A stretch of DNA of 64,000 nucleotides. Origin: an uncultured delta proteobacterium. Lineage in GTDB: Bacteria; Desulfobacterota; Binatia; Binatales; Binataceae. The translations under genes were made by a program, and so were the position numbers. Below the pieces are notes generated by a model. The model was given only the letters and a program-made list of their open reading frames with translations. It ran no database searches and was not told the origin of the DNA. The DNA is taken from contig CAVQEQ010000004.1 of NCBI GenBank assembly GCA_963711565.1, positions 1,376,001-1,440,000 of the forward strand. Reading direction: 5' to 3'. Of the stretch, positions 1-10,134 are shown piece by piece. The stretch's first letter is position 1, and every line of letters begins with the position of its first letter.

Positions 1-852
1 ATAGGGCACTTTCGGCAGGCTCGAGGATATCGCAAATAGAAAGGCGATTTCGGTCAGGACGGCGGTCAGGGTGATCGATATCTGCGTATAGTAGTCACTG
101 GTCTTTATCCAGAACGCGGAGTAAGCAATCGCGACCATTGCAACCAGAGGCAAAAACACTTTCCAAATGTAGTACGCGTACCGGCGCTGAACGACCACGT
201 CGATTTCAATCTCGGATGTCTCCTTGCCGGTTGCGCCGATGGCATGACGCTGCGCCGCCCCCTGCACGCCGAGTATCTTCCACTGCGCCAGCTCAACGAA
301 GGGTTCGCTGCCAACTCCCGCTACCTGCTTGTCGTATTCCAGCATCATCGTGTCGCGCTCATCGAGAAACGGCACCACGAAGACTTCCAGCGACTCGGTG
401 TCGAACGGGAAGCTTTCCAGATAGAGAGAGGTAGTGAGCTGCGCCTGGAACATTTCGAGGTAGTGGATAGTCCCGTCGGGGTCCCCCCTGATGTTGATGG
501 TGATTTTTTCGCGTCGTGTGGTGGCGTTAATCATAAGAACGCGCGGGATCCAGATGCTATCGGGGTTGTACGATCGCTCCGCGGCGGCTCCAGCGGTGCT
601 AAATGCCAGCCGCGGGTCTTTCCAAGTCATGAAGAGATAGCCGCTGATTTGGAAAAGCTCTCTGACTTCGTCAACGTCGATCAGGTTGGTCAGAAAGAGC
701 CCGACCTTCACGTTGACCGCCTTGTTGTCAATCATCGGCGGGCTCAGCAATCCTGTATCGGTCTCTATTCCGGCCGCCCGCACGATCGCCGGAGTTAGAA
801 TGCACAGTATCGCGGCGACCACGCTGCACCTTAAGACGCGACCCGCACCCAT
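1..852 (-). CDS. Prokaryotic pentameric ligand-gated ion channel (GLIC/ELIC-like, Pro-loop receptor); 3' end runs off window
   Basis: Hand-translated from ATG 852, open to base 1 (absent from ORF track): signal peptide, then WKDPRL, SIWIP, ESFPFD Pro-loop, QRRYAYYIWKVFLP (pre-M1/M1), SAFWI, M2 helix and LPKVPY M2-M3 loop. Confidence 0.93.
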   Translation of the reverse strand, partial: MGAGRVLRCSVVAAILCILTPAIVRAAGIETDTGLLSPPMIDNKAVNVKVGLFLTNLIDVDEVRELFQISGYLFMTWKDPRLAFSTAGAAAERSYNPDSIWIPRVLMINATTRREKITINIRGDPDGTIHYLEMFQAQLTTSLYLESFPFDTESLEVFVVPFLDERDTMMLEYDKQVAGVGSEPFVELAQWKILGVQGAAQRHAIGATGKETSEIEIDVVVQRRYAYYIWKVFLPLVAMVAIAYSAFWIKTSDYYTQISITLTAVLTEIAFLFAISSSLPKVPY

Positions 853-915
853 CTTAAGGTAGCCGGTTATCTCGCCGCATTCGGTCATATCATCGACCTT
901 GTGCTGTCAAGCCGG

Positions 916-1530
916 CTACTGCTTGAAGACGATCGGAGGGCCGCTTACCCGGTTCGCCTTGAGAGCGACTTTCACCTCGACGCGGTTGGCGATTTTGATG
1001 AAGGGGATGCCGCTGTTCATCCCGTAGTCCTTGCGGTCGAAGTACAGGGTCCCGCTGATCACGCCTGAGCCGGTACCTTTGCCGGACACCGCAAGTGTCA
1101 GCTTCTCGGATCTGGTGACTCCGCGTATGGTAAAGTTGCCGTCCACCTCAAAGGTGTTGGGACCGGTCTGCAAAAGTTTGGTTGATCTGAACGTGATCAA
1201 CGGATTCCGCACAACGTCGAAGAAGTCTGAGCTCTTCAGCTTGCTATTCTTCAAGCCGCTTCCGGTATCCACCGTGGCAGCCTGAATCTCGACGGCCAAC
1301 ATTCCTGTCGTCACCTCAGGCGAGGTAAATGTGAGAGTGGCGTTCCACTTGTCGAACGTCCCATTGATCGGCACCGAAGCTTGTACGTCGAACTTGATCG
1401 AGCTTTCCAGCGGCGTGATCGCGAAAACCGGAACCCCCTGTGCCAAACTCACTGAGGGAATCAACGCGGACACGAAGACGCAGATGACAGTTAGTCGCAT
1501 GGCGAAAAGTGTCAGTGTTCCCTGCTGCAT
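916..1530 (-). CDS. YceI family polyisoprenoid-binding protein
   Basis: Signal peptide; SSIKF..GTF, ATVDTG..LKSSDFFDV..P.ITF.S, G.FTIRGVT, FDRKDYGM motifs. Start trimmed to ATG 1530 (ATG 1500 alternative). Confidence 0.88.
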   Translation of the reverse strand: MQQGTLTLFAMRLTVICVFVSALIPSVSLAQGVPVFAITPLESSIKFDVQASVPINGTFDKWNATLTFTSPEVTTGMLAVEIQAATVDTGSGLKNSKLKSSDFFDVVRNPLITFRSTKLLQTGPNTFEVDGNFTIRGVTRSEKLTLAVSGKGTGSGVISGTLYFDRKDYGMNSGIPFIKIANRVEVKVALKANRVSGPPIVFKQ

Positions 1531-1637
1531 TGTCAATCGAGATCGCCCGGGGCGGAAAAGTCCGCGTGTCCGCAGTCCTAAATTCGACCCTTCGAGCATT
1601 CGCGACAAGATCGAACTTACTGTTACGATTGTAGCCC

Positions 1638-3157
<1,520 letters not shown>

Positions 3158-3161
<4 letters not shown>

Positions 3162-3766
3162 CGCGGCTCCCCTCGCACTACTACGCGATCGTCGATCCGT
3201 CCGGCGGACACGAGCCGGTCGCGCTCGCGGAGACTCTGCTCGACGCTGGCGCTCGAATCATGCAAATCCGCCTCAAGGATTCGGGCGGCCGCGATTTTCT
3301 GGCCGCCGCGCGTGCGATTGCCGAGATGTGCCGCAAGCGCGGCGCAACTTTAATCGTCAACGACCGGGTCGATATCGCGATGCTCGCCGGCGCGCACGGC
3401 GTCCATCTTGGACAAGAAGATCTCCCGCTCGAAGCTGCGCGGCGCATCGCCGGTCCCGGCATGATGATCGGAATCTCGACCCACAACGTCGAGCAGGCGC
3501 GCGCGGCTGAAGGCGGCGGCGCTGACTACATCGGCTTCGGCCCGATGTATCCCGGTGGACTGCGAAACAACGCCGCCGGCATGGGCCTCGACCACCTCCG
3601 CGCGATCCGCGCCGCGGTGAAAATTCCAATCGTCGCGATCGGCGGCATCACGGAAGCGCGCGTCCCGGAAACACTCGCCGCCGGCGCCGACGCCGTGGCA
3701 ATCATCACGGATGTGCTGAACGCGCCCGACATCGCAGCCAAAGTCCGTGCGATCCTCGCGATTTGA
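3158..3766 (+). CDS. thiE: Thiamine-phosphate synthase
   Basis: QIRLK, LIVNDRVDIA, GVHLGQED, GISTH, AIGGI motifs; ATG 3158 overlaps upstream stop (ATGA). Confidence 0.95.
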
Positions 3767-3798
3767 ATGGTCCGTGATATCTGTTCATGCTCTCATAC

Positions 3799-4035
3799 AT
3801 GGCAGGTATAAGAGCGCGGGTTGCCGAACGCGGCCACGTGACTATTCCGAAGCGGCTCCGCGACAGCCTTGGGCTTAAGCCGGGTACGGTACTTGAGTTC
3901 AGCGAAGAACACGGGAAGTTGATCGCAGTCAAAAGCGGGAGCATCGATCCGGTTGGCGAGGTGCTTGGCTGCCTGGGCAAGCGACTCAATACTGACGCCG
4001 TAGTGGCGCGGCTTCGCGGACGTCGCGCTCGCTGA
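3799..4035 (+). CDS. AbrB/MazE/SpoVT-family DNA-binding protein (orphan antitoxin-like)
   Basis: ERGHVTIPKRLRDSLGLKPG.VLEF motif; no toxin ORF follows. Confidence 0.85.
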   Translation: MAGIRARVAERGHVTIPKRLRDSLGLKPGTVLEFSEEHGKLIAVKSGSIDPVGEVLGCLGKRLNTDAVVARLRGRRAR

Positions 4036-4047
4036 TCTACAGTCGAA

Positions 4048-5289
4048 TTACGCAGTAACCGGGAGCGGCGCGGTGGTCTGGCGGGCCTGCTCGGATTCGA
4101 AGGAGCGGCACGAGTATGTTACTGCCGCGCCTAACAGGCACATCACGACGAATACTTCGAAGGCGTTCACGTAGCTGCCGGTTAAGTCGTAGATCTTGCC
4201 GGCGCCGACCGGGCCGACGAATGCGCCGATCGTGTTGAAGATACCGGCGATGCCGCCGATCGAGCCGAAGCGCTTGAGCCCCAGCGACTCCGCCACCAGC
4301 ATCGGGATCAGCACCAGCGGCGCGCCGAGCGACAGGCCGAAGAGCAACACGAACGGGATCAGTACGGTGGTTCGCGCCGCGCCGAATATCAGGATCATCC
4401 CGACGCAGGCGACCAGAAAGTTGAACGTCAGCGCGATTCTTGCGCTCACGCGATCCGCAAAGAGGCCCATCCCGAGTTTGCCGAACGCCGCGAACACCAG
4501 TATCAGGCTCGCAGTTCCGGCAGCGAACGACGGAGTGTAGCCGAGTTCGGTGAGATAGGTGATTAGATGCAACCCCGCGCCGGCCGCGACCGCGGCGAAA
4601 AAGAACTGCGCCGCCGAAATCATCCAGAATGAGCGCGAGCGGAACGCTTCCCGCAGTTCAAACCCGGGCAAGGCGTCGCTGGCCTGCGCGACGCTCACGC
4701 TTTCGGCCTGCGCCGGCCGGGTCTTCACTACGAAGATGATCAGCGGGATCACGATGATGAACATGGGGACTGCGAGCGTGACGTAACCGGCACGCCATCC
4801 GCTGTGCACGATCGCGAAGTTGCCGACCAACGTCATCGCAGCGCCGCCGAGCGAAGTGCCCGCGAACGTCAGGCCCATCGCCAGCCCGCGCCGCGCACCG
4901 AACCAGTTGGCGATCACCAGCGAGCACGGCAGCAGCGTCGAAGCGCCGATGCCGACGCCGAGTAGCACGTAAGCGCCGAACAGCGGGCCGAATGAATCGA
5001 CGCGGCTCGCGATCACAAAAGAAGTGCCGGTCATGAGCACGCCGGCCACCATCACGACCCGCGCCTCGACGCGATCGAGCAGCCATCCGAACAGAGGAGC
5101 GCTAAGGCCGGCGGACAGCGGCAGCGCGGCGCCCTGGAGCGTCGAGAGCTGCGTGCGCGACCATCCGAAGTGCTTCAGCAGCTGGGGAAAGAACAAGCCG
5201 CCGGTGTTGTAGCCGGATCCGAAAACGAACACGAGCACTACGAAGAGGCTCGCGACGATGATCCAACCCTGTCGTTCCCGATCCGTCAT
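4048..5289 (-). CDS. MFS transporter (MCT/OFA-like)
   Basis: About 12 hydrophobic segments; GWLLDRVEAR, WFGARRGLAMG, GLFADRVSAR motifs. Confidence 0.9.
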   Translation of the reverse strand: MTDRERQGWIIVASLFVVLVFVFGSGYNTGGLFFPQLLKHFGWSRTQLSTLQGAALPLSAGLSAPLFGWLLDRVEARVVMVAGVLMTGTSFVIASRVDSFGPLFGAYVLLGVGIGASTLLPCSLVIANWFGARRGLAMGLTFAGTSLGGAAMTLVGNFAIVHSGWRAGYVTLAVPMFIIVIPLIIFVVKTRPAQAESVSVAQASDALPGFELREAFRSRSFWMISAAQFFFAAVAAGAGLHLITYLTELGYTPSFAAGTASLILVFAAFGKLGMGLFADRVSARIALTFNFLVACVGMILIFGAARTTVLIPFVLLFGLSLGAPLVLIPMLVAESLGLKRFGSIGGIAGIFNTIGAFVGPVGAGKIYDLTGSYVNAFEVFVVMCLLGAAVTYSCRSFESEQARQTTAPLPVTA

Positions 5290-5348
5290 CAGATGGTCCC
5301 TGCCCGAAACTTATAGCGGCACGACGGCGGATCGTCGAGTGCGAAAAG

Positions 5349-6026
5349 CTATTCGAGCGCGGTCATCGGGATGAACCCTTCGAGCCCGCTCTTCATCCGG
5401 ATTCTCATGTAGTTCAGCGACACGCCGACGACGTGGACATTGTGGCCCTGGTGAACCTCGGCGAGCTTCCTGGCCCATCGATTCGGTTTGTCGAGCACGC
5501 CGGCGTCGTGCGAGAGCACGAAGACCTTGTCGGCCGGCTTGACCAGTTCGACCGCCGACGGATCGATATAGCCGGTCTGTCCGGACTTCAGCCTGACCTG
5601 CAGATAGTAGTGAGTGGAGCCCGTCACGTCAACGAATTTGCCTGCGGACATCTGCTCGAGGTGCTTGCTGCTTTTCGCGGGCGCGGAGTAAACGGGTCCG
5701 TCCTCGAGCACCTTCAGCCGCGCCTGCGCCGGTTCAATCTCCGGCTCGCGGACGCTGTGTCTACTCGACGCGTGGTGCGACGGCGACGTCGGCTTCATCC
5801 CCGCCGGCGCTGGCACGTAGGTGCCGGACGGTGCAGACGGACTCGTCGCCGACGATGGGGGATTGACCGGCGCAGCGCCGTTCGGACCTTCCGCGGGGAC
5901 GACGGACGTCGAGGGCACGTCTTCCTCGCCGATTCCCGCCGCAAATGCCGGCGCTGACAACGCCAACGCCGTCACGGCGGCCATCAGAGCCACTGTCCGT
6001 GCCAGACGAAAACTGCGATGAACCAT
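5349..6026 (-). CDS. Exported protein with Pro/Ser linker and tandem SH3-like domains
   Basis: Signal peptide; two repeats ending V/IR(L/M)KSG..G(Y/F)I. Confidence 0.75.
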   Translation of the reverse strand: MVHRSFRLARTVALMAAVTALALSAPAFAAGIGEEDVPSTSVVPAEGPNGAAPVNPPSSATSPSAPSGTYVPAPAGMKPTSPSHHASSRHSVREPEIEPAQARLKVLEDGPVYSAPAKSSKHLEQMSAGKFVDVTGSTHYYLQVRLKSGQTGYIDPSAVELVKPADKVFVLSHDAGVLDKPNRWARKLAEVHQGHNVHVVGVSLNYMRIRMKSGLEGFIPMTALE

Positions 6027-6061
6027 CTTCCTCTTCCTCCCCCTCAGCTTGCACTTTTATT

Positions 6062-7819
6062 CTAGCAGGCGCCGCACACGGTGCATCGCTCAACGTCGCA
6101 CGGCGGACTCTGATGCTCATGATGAGCCTTCTTGCGTTCGGCGAGCAGGAACCATTTGAAAATGTGATGATCGATAAAGTCCCACGGCAGCAGTTCGTCG
6201 TGGAAGTAATGGCGCGTGACGAAAAAATCGGGATCGGGCAGCGATGAATTCTCGCCCGCCTCGACCTCGCGATGAATCTTGGACAACTCGTGCCAGATGG
6301 GTCCCGCAGTTTCGCATCCCGCGGCTTCGAGCCGCTCGAGGATGCCGCTGACGCGGCGATCGCCGCGGGAGACCATAGTCTGGAAATACGCCTCGCGCGG
6401 CGACTCGGCGTCGAGCTCGACCTGCCCCAGGCGCGAGAGGCTCTGGCGCAACATCGCGACCTTGCGCTTGATCGAGCGCGCGTCCTGCATCGGATCCCAT
6501 TGAAATGGCGTCCACGGTTTGGGCACGAACGGATTCAGCGATATCGTCACCGAGCCTATGCGGGTGCGACGGGTACGAGCGCGTTCGAGCACTTTGGCCA
6601 CGAGGTCGGCGATCGCGAGCACGTCCTCGTCGCGCTCCTCGGGCAGGCCGATCATGAAATAAAATTTCAGATTGCCAACGCCCTCGCCCAGCATCATCTC
6701 GGCCGCGTGCAGGATCTCTGCCTCGGAGAGATTTTTGTTGATGACCTTGCGCATCCGCTCGCTGCCGGCCTCGGGCGCGACGGTCACGCTCTGATTTCCG
6801 CCGCGCGCCAACGCCGATGCCAGCGCGGGCGAAATGCAATCGGCCTTCAACGACGACGGCGACAGCCGGCCGCCACGATCGACCACCGCCGACGCGATGT
6901 CGGCGACGCCGGGCACGCTTGCCATCTCGGCGCCGACGAGGCCGATCACCTTGCGCTCGCCAAGACCGCGCTCGGCCTCGGCGATCAACACTTCAGGCGC
7001 GCGGTAACGAATCGGGCGATACATGAAACCAGCCGCGCAGAAGCGGCATCCCCATTGGCATCCGCGGCTCGCCTCGACCAGAAACATATCGCCAAAGACG
7101 CTCTCTTCGGTGAGAATCAGCGACGAGGTAGTGAAGCGGTTGAGGTCGCGAATCAGGCGACGATTCACCTGCGCGCTGCCAGGACCGCTGTAGTTCACGG
7201 TGGCGAGGCGGCCGGCGTCGTCGTAAACGGGAATGTAGAAGTCGGGAAGATATGCGCCCGCGACGGATGCGAGTTCGCGCAGTTGATTCGGCGAGCCGCG
7301 CGTCGCGTCCCAACGCTCGATGAACTCCGGGACCATCTCCTCGCCCTCGCCAATCAGAAACAGGTCGATGAAATCGGCGATCGGTTCGGGATTGAGAAAA
7401 ACGGCGGAGCCGCCGGCGATGATCAGCGGAAAATTACGGCCCGCGCGATCGGCGCGGCGAGCAGGAATCCCAGCCATGCGCAGCACGCTCAAGACGTTGA
7501 GATAGTCAGTCTCGAAGGAGATAGAAAACGCGAGGATGTCGAAGTCGGAGAGCGGACGGCCGCGCTCGAACGATACGAGGCGCTCGCCGCGCTCGCGGAA
7601 GCTGTCGCGCTCGTCGGCGTCGGGCAGGAATGCGCGATCGGCGGCGACCGACGGATCGGATTCGAAGATATGGAACACGGCCTGGAAGCCGAGATTCGCC
7701 ATCCCAAGCCGGTACGTGTTGGGATAGATGACGCAGACGGAAATGTCGCCGCCGGGCTGGCGCGCGTAGAGCACTTTTTCGCGCGCGATGCGCTCGAGCG
7801 CGCGCTTACGCGGGTACAT
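6062..7819 (-). CDS. Radical SAM protein (TIGR03960-like, N-terminal B12-binding-like region)
   Basis: YPNTYRLGMANLG, SRGCQWGCRFC CxxxCxxC, APEAGSERMR, YFMIGLP, PFVPKPWTPFQW, C-terminal C..C..CG.C. Confidence 0.88.
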   Translation of the reverse strand: MYPRKRALERIAREKVLYARQPGGDISVCVIYPNTYRLGMANLGFQAVFHIFESDPSVAADRAFLPDADERDSFRERGERLVSFERGRPLSDFDILAFSISFETDYLNVLSVLRMAGIPARRADRAGRNFPLIIAGGSAVFLNPEPIADFIDLFLIGEGEEMVPEFIERWDATRGSPNQLRELASVAGAYLPDFYIPVYDDAGRLATVNYSGPGSAQVNRRLIRDLNRFTTSSLILTEESVFGDMFLVEASRGCQWGCRFCAAGFMYRPIRYRAPEVLIAEAERGLGERKVIGLVGAEMASVPGVADIASAVVDRGGRLSPSSLKADCISPALASALARGGNQSVTVAPEAGSERMRKVINKNLSEAEILHAAEMMLGEGVGNLKFYFMIGLPEERDEDVLAIADLVAKVLERARTRRTRIGSVTISLNPFVPKPWTPFQWDPMQDARSIKRKVAMLRQSLSRLGQVELDAESPREAYFQTMVSRGDRRVSGILERLEAAGCETAGPIWHELSKIHREVEAGENSSLPDPDFFVTRHYFHDELLPWDFIDHHIFKWFLLAERKKAHHEHQSPPCDVERCTVCGAC

Positions 7820-7924
7820 TCGACGACTCCGACATGATCACACAGAGTATCGCCGCGCGGATAGCACGCTCAAGAGGAGTATAGAAGCGGTAGTGGCCGG
7901 TTATGAGGAAAGCCGCGATTCAGG

Positions 7925-8347
7925 TCACGGGCAAGGCGTCGCACTCTCCGTGCAGGCAAAGACTCCGGAATCGCCTTCTACAGTTGCTACTTCGCCGCTG
8001 AGCTTTTTGGACTTTACTTTTGCGGTCAATTGAGTTCCTTCTTCCACACACTCGAAGGCGTTCGCAGATGCATCGAATGAAGGCGACTTGTAACCGCCTG
8101 TCGGCAGGCACGTACAGCCGTAGTCAGTGCCGTCTACATCAAGATTAAAATCTATAGAGGGGGACCCCGTGTAGAATTCAAAGCAAGCGGTCTCAGGCCC
8201 CGTGTTTGCTTTTACGGTGCAGTTGTAAGAGTTGCCTACGAGCTTGTCTGCGCAATTTCCCCCCGCCTGGGAAGGAGAACTAGCGAACAAGACCGTCACA
8301 ACCGCAGGAAACATCACGACTGTCGGAAACTTGCCTATCGAATTCAT
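7925..8347 (-). CDS. Small secreted Cys-rich hypothetical protein
   Basis: GGAGG RBS before ATG 8347; signal peptide ending SQA; 8 Cys; visibly lower GC than flanks. Confidence 0.7.
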   Translation of the reverse strand: MNSIGKFPTVVMFPAVVTVLFASSPSQAGGNCADKLVGNSYNCTVKANTGPETACFEFYTGSPSIDFNLDVDGTDYGCTCLPTGGYKSPSFDASANAFECVEEGTQLTAKVKSKKLSGEVATVEGDSGVFACTESATPCP

Positions 8348-8458
8348 CGTCCGATCCTCCCTGCGTCCTGGTATCACATTCGGGCAGAGTTGCGTCAAAT
8401 CGTTGATTCACCGGCGCGGAATTTCAAAAGCGTCCACTACCATCGAAGCCCTTGGGGC

Positions 8459-9268
8459 TCAGCGCTTCCACGCCATGTACGCGAAAAACTCGGGTGGTTC
8501 TCCCTTGAGAATACCGGAGGGCTCGGCGGCCAAAATCGCGGCACGCACGTCGCGCTCGAAGGCCTCGACGCGGTCGCCGAGCACCCGGCGGCTGCAGTAT
8601 GACATCGAGTAGAGATTCCCCATCATCGAGTCGATGGTCCATTCGACGTCGAAGGATTCGCAGTAGCTCAGCAGATCCTTGAAGCGAGAGCGCGCTAGGT
8701 ATACCTCGTGACGTTCCTCCGGCGGCGGACCCGGAGGCTCCCAGGATATCTGCCGCTCGGGCAAATAGCGCTTCAGTACCGTGTTGATCGCTGCGCGCCA
8801 TCGCGACGGCGGCGGAGGAGGAATCGGAGCACCCTCGCCGACCACTGCGATGCCGCCGCCATCCGTCACGAGATCGTAGAGCGCGTCGAGCGTGCGCGCG
8901 CGATCCATCCAATGAAACGAGTTGCCCATCGTAACGAGGCGGAATTGTCCCAGCTCGCGCGACAAGTCCTTCGAGCCGCCGAAGCGCCACTCGATGTTGC
9001 CGATACCGCGTTCCCGTGCGATGCGCTCGCCCTCTGCACGCATCGCGTCGTCGGGATCCACCGCGAGAACTTCATCGAACAGATGCGCGAGCGCAATCGC
9101 GACGGGACCAGGGCCGCAACCGAGATCGAGCAGCCTGCCGGTGCCGTCGAGCCGAAAATTCTCACGAAGAATCCTGACGAGCGCCGGCGGATACTTGGGG
9201 CGATAGCGCGAGTAGTACCACGCGGTGCCTTCGTAGATGGTCAGGTCATACTTGTCGCTTTTACTCAC
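8459..9268 (-). CDS. Class I SAM-dependent methyltransferase
   Basis: YSRYRPKYP, LLDLGCGPG, AVDPD, NSFHWMD motifs; start trimmed to GTG 9268. Confidence 0.88.
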   Translation of the reverse strand: MSKSDKYDLTIYEGTAWYYSRYRPKYPPALVRILRENFRLDGTGRLLDLGCGPGPVAIALAHLFDEVLAVDPDDAMRAEGERIARERGIGNIEWRFGGSKDLSRELGQFRLVTMGNSFHWMDRARTLDALYDLVTDGGGIAVVGEGAPIPPPPPSRWRAAINTVLKRYLPERQISWEPPGPPPEERHEVYLARSRFKDLLSYCESFDVEWTIDSMMGNLYSMSYCSRRVLGDRVEAFERDVRAAILAAEPSGILKGEPPEFFAYMAWKR

Positions 9269-9281
9269 TGGCGGGAAGGCG

Positions 9282-10134
9282 TTATGGCGCGATGCGGTCG
9301 GGGCGCGTGTAGATGTTGAAGCTGCCGTCGCGCAAGAAGCCGATGAGCGTCGTGCCGATTTCTTCGGCCAGCTCGACCGCCAGCGATGAAGGCGCCGAGA
9401 CGGCCGCGAGAATCGGGACGCCTGCAGCGGCGGCCTTCTGCACGATCTCGAAACTGAGCCTGGCCACTGACCATCATTATATGTCGCGCCAGCGGGACCA
9501 TCGCATTTGTCAACGCATAACCGATCACCTTGTCCACCGCGTTGTGACGCCCGACGTCCTCGCGTATCGCGAGCATCGTGCCGTCGAGGCTGAAGATCGC
9601 GGCGCCGTGGAGGCCTCCGGTCGCGGCGAACACGCGCTGGCCCGCGTGGAGTTTCTCCGACAGCGCGAGCAGCGTGGGCGGCGTGACGAGCGCGGAATCC
9701 GCGGGCGGCGCGACGCGGCGTCGAATCGAGTCGATGCTGGTCTTGCCGCAGACGCCGCAACTCGAGCTCATCACGAAGTTGCGCTTGAGGCGGGCGCGCA
9801 GTCCGTCGGCTGGAACATTCAGGATAATGTCGATCGCGTTTGGCTCCGGCGCGCCCTTGCGTCCACGCACTCGGCGAATCTCGTCGAGCTCGCTCGCATC
9901 GTTGATGAAACCCTCGGCGAAGAGAAAGCCCGCCGCCAGTTCCTCGTCATGCCCCGGCGTGCGCATCGTGAGGGTGAAGCGGCGGCCTGCGAGTCGAATC
10001 TCGAGCGGCTCTTCGACGGCGAGTTTCTCCGCGCGTTCCGCAGTCGTGCCATGATGCCATTTGAGTGCCCGATGCTCTCGAACTTCATCGGCCGGTTCCT
10101 CATGCACGGAAATGTGCGCGGAGTCGGTTTTCAT
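9282..10134 (-). CDS. fdhD: Formate dehydrogenase accessory sulfurtransferase FdhD/FdsC (one extra base at ~9461)
   Basis: [35 protein letters not shown] in one frame; conserved [12 protein letters not shown]...SAPSSLA continues in the next frame. Confidence 0.92.

Noticed and set aside
244-798. 184-aa + strand ORF
   Set aside because: Antisense shadow of the pLGIC gene; no motifs
6272-7837. Long antisense ORFs (also 27574-28824, 43307-44512, 50692-52704, 52475-54037, 61238-62542)
   Set aside because: Expected shadows of real genes in high-GC DNA
9265-9268. Shifted fdhD frame ends in a GTGA overlap with the methyltransferase start
   Set aside because: The conserved FdhD C-terminus is in the other frame, ending at 9282; the overlap is probably coincidental
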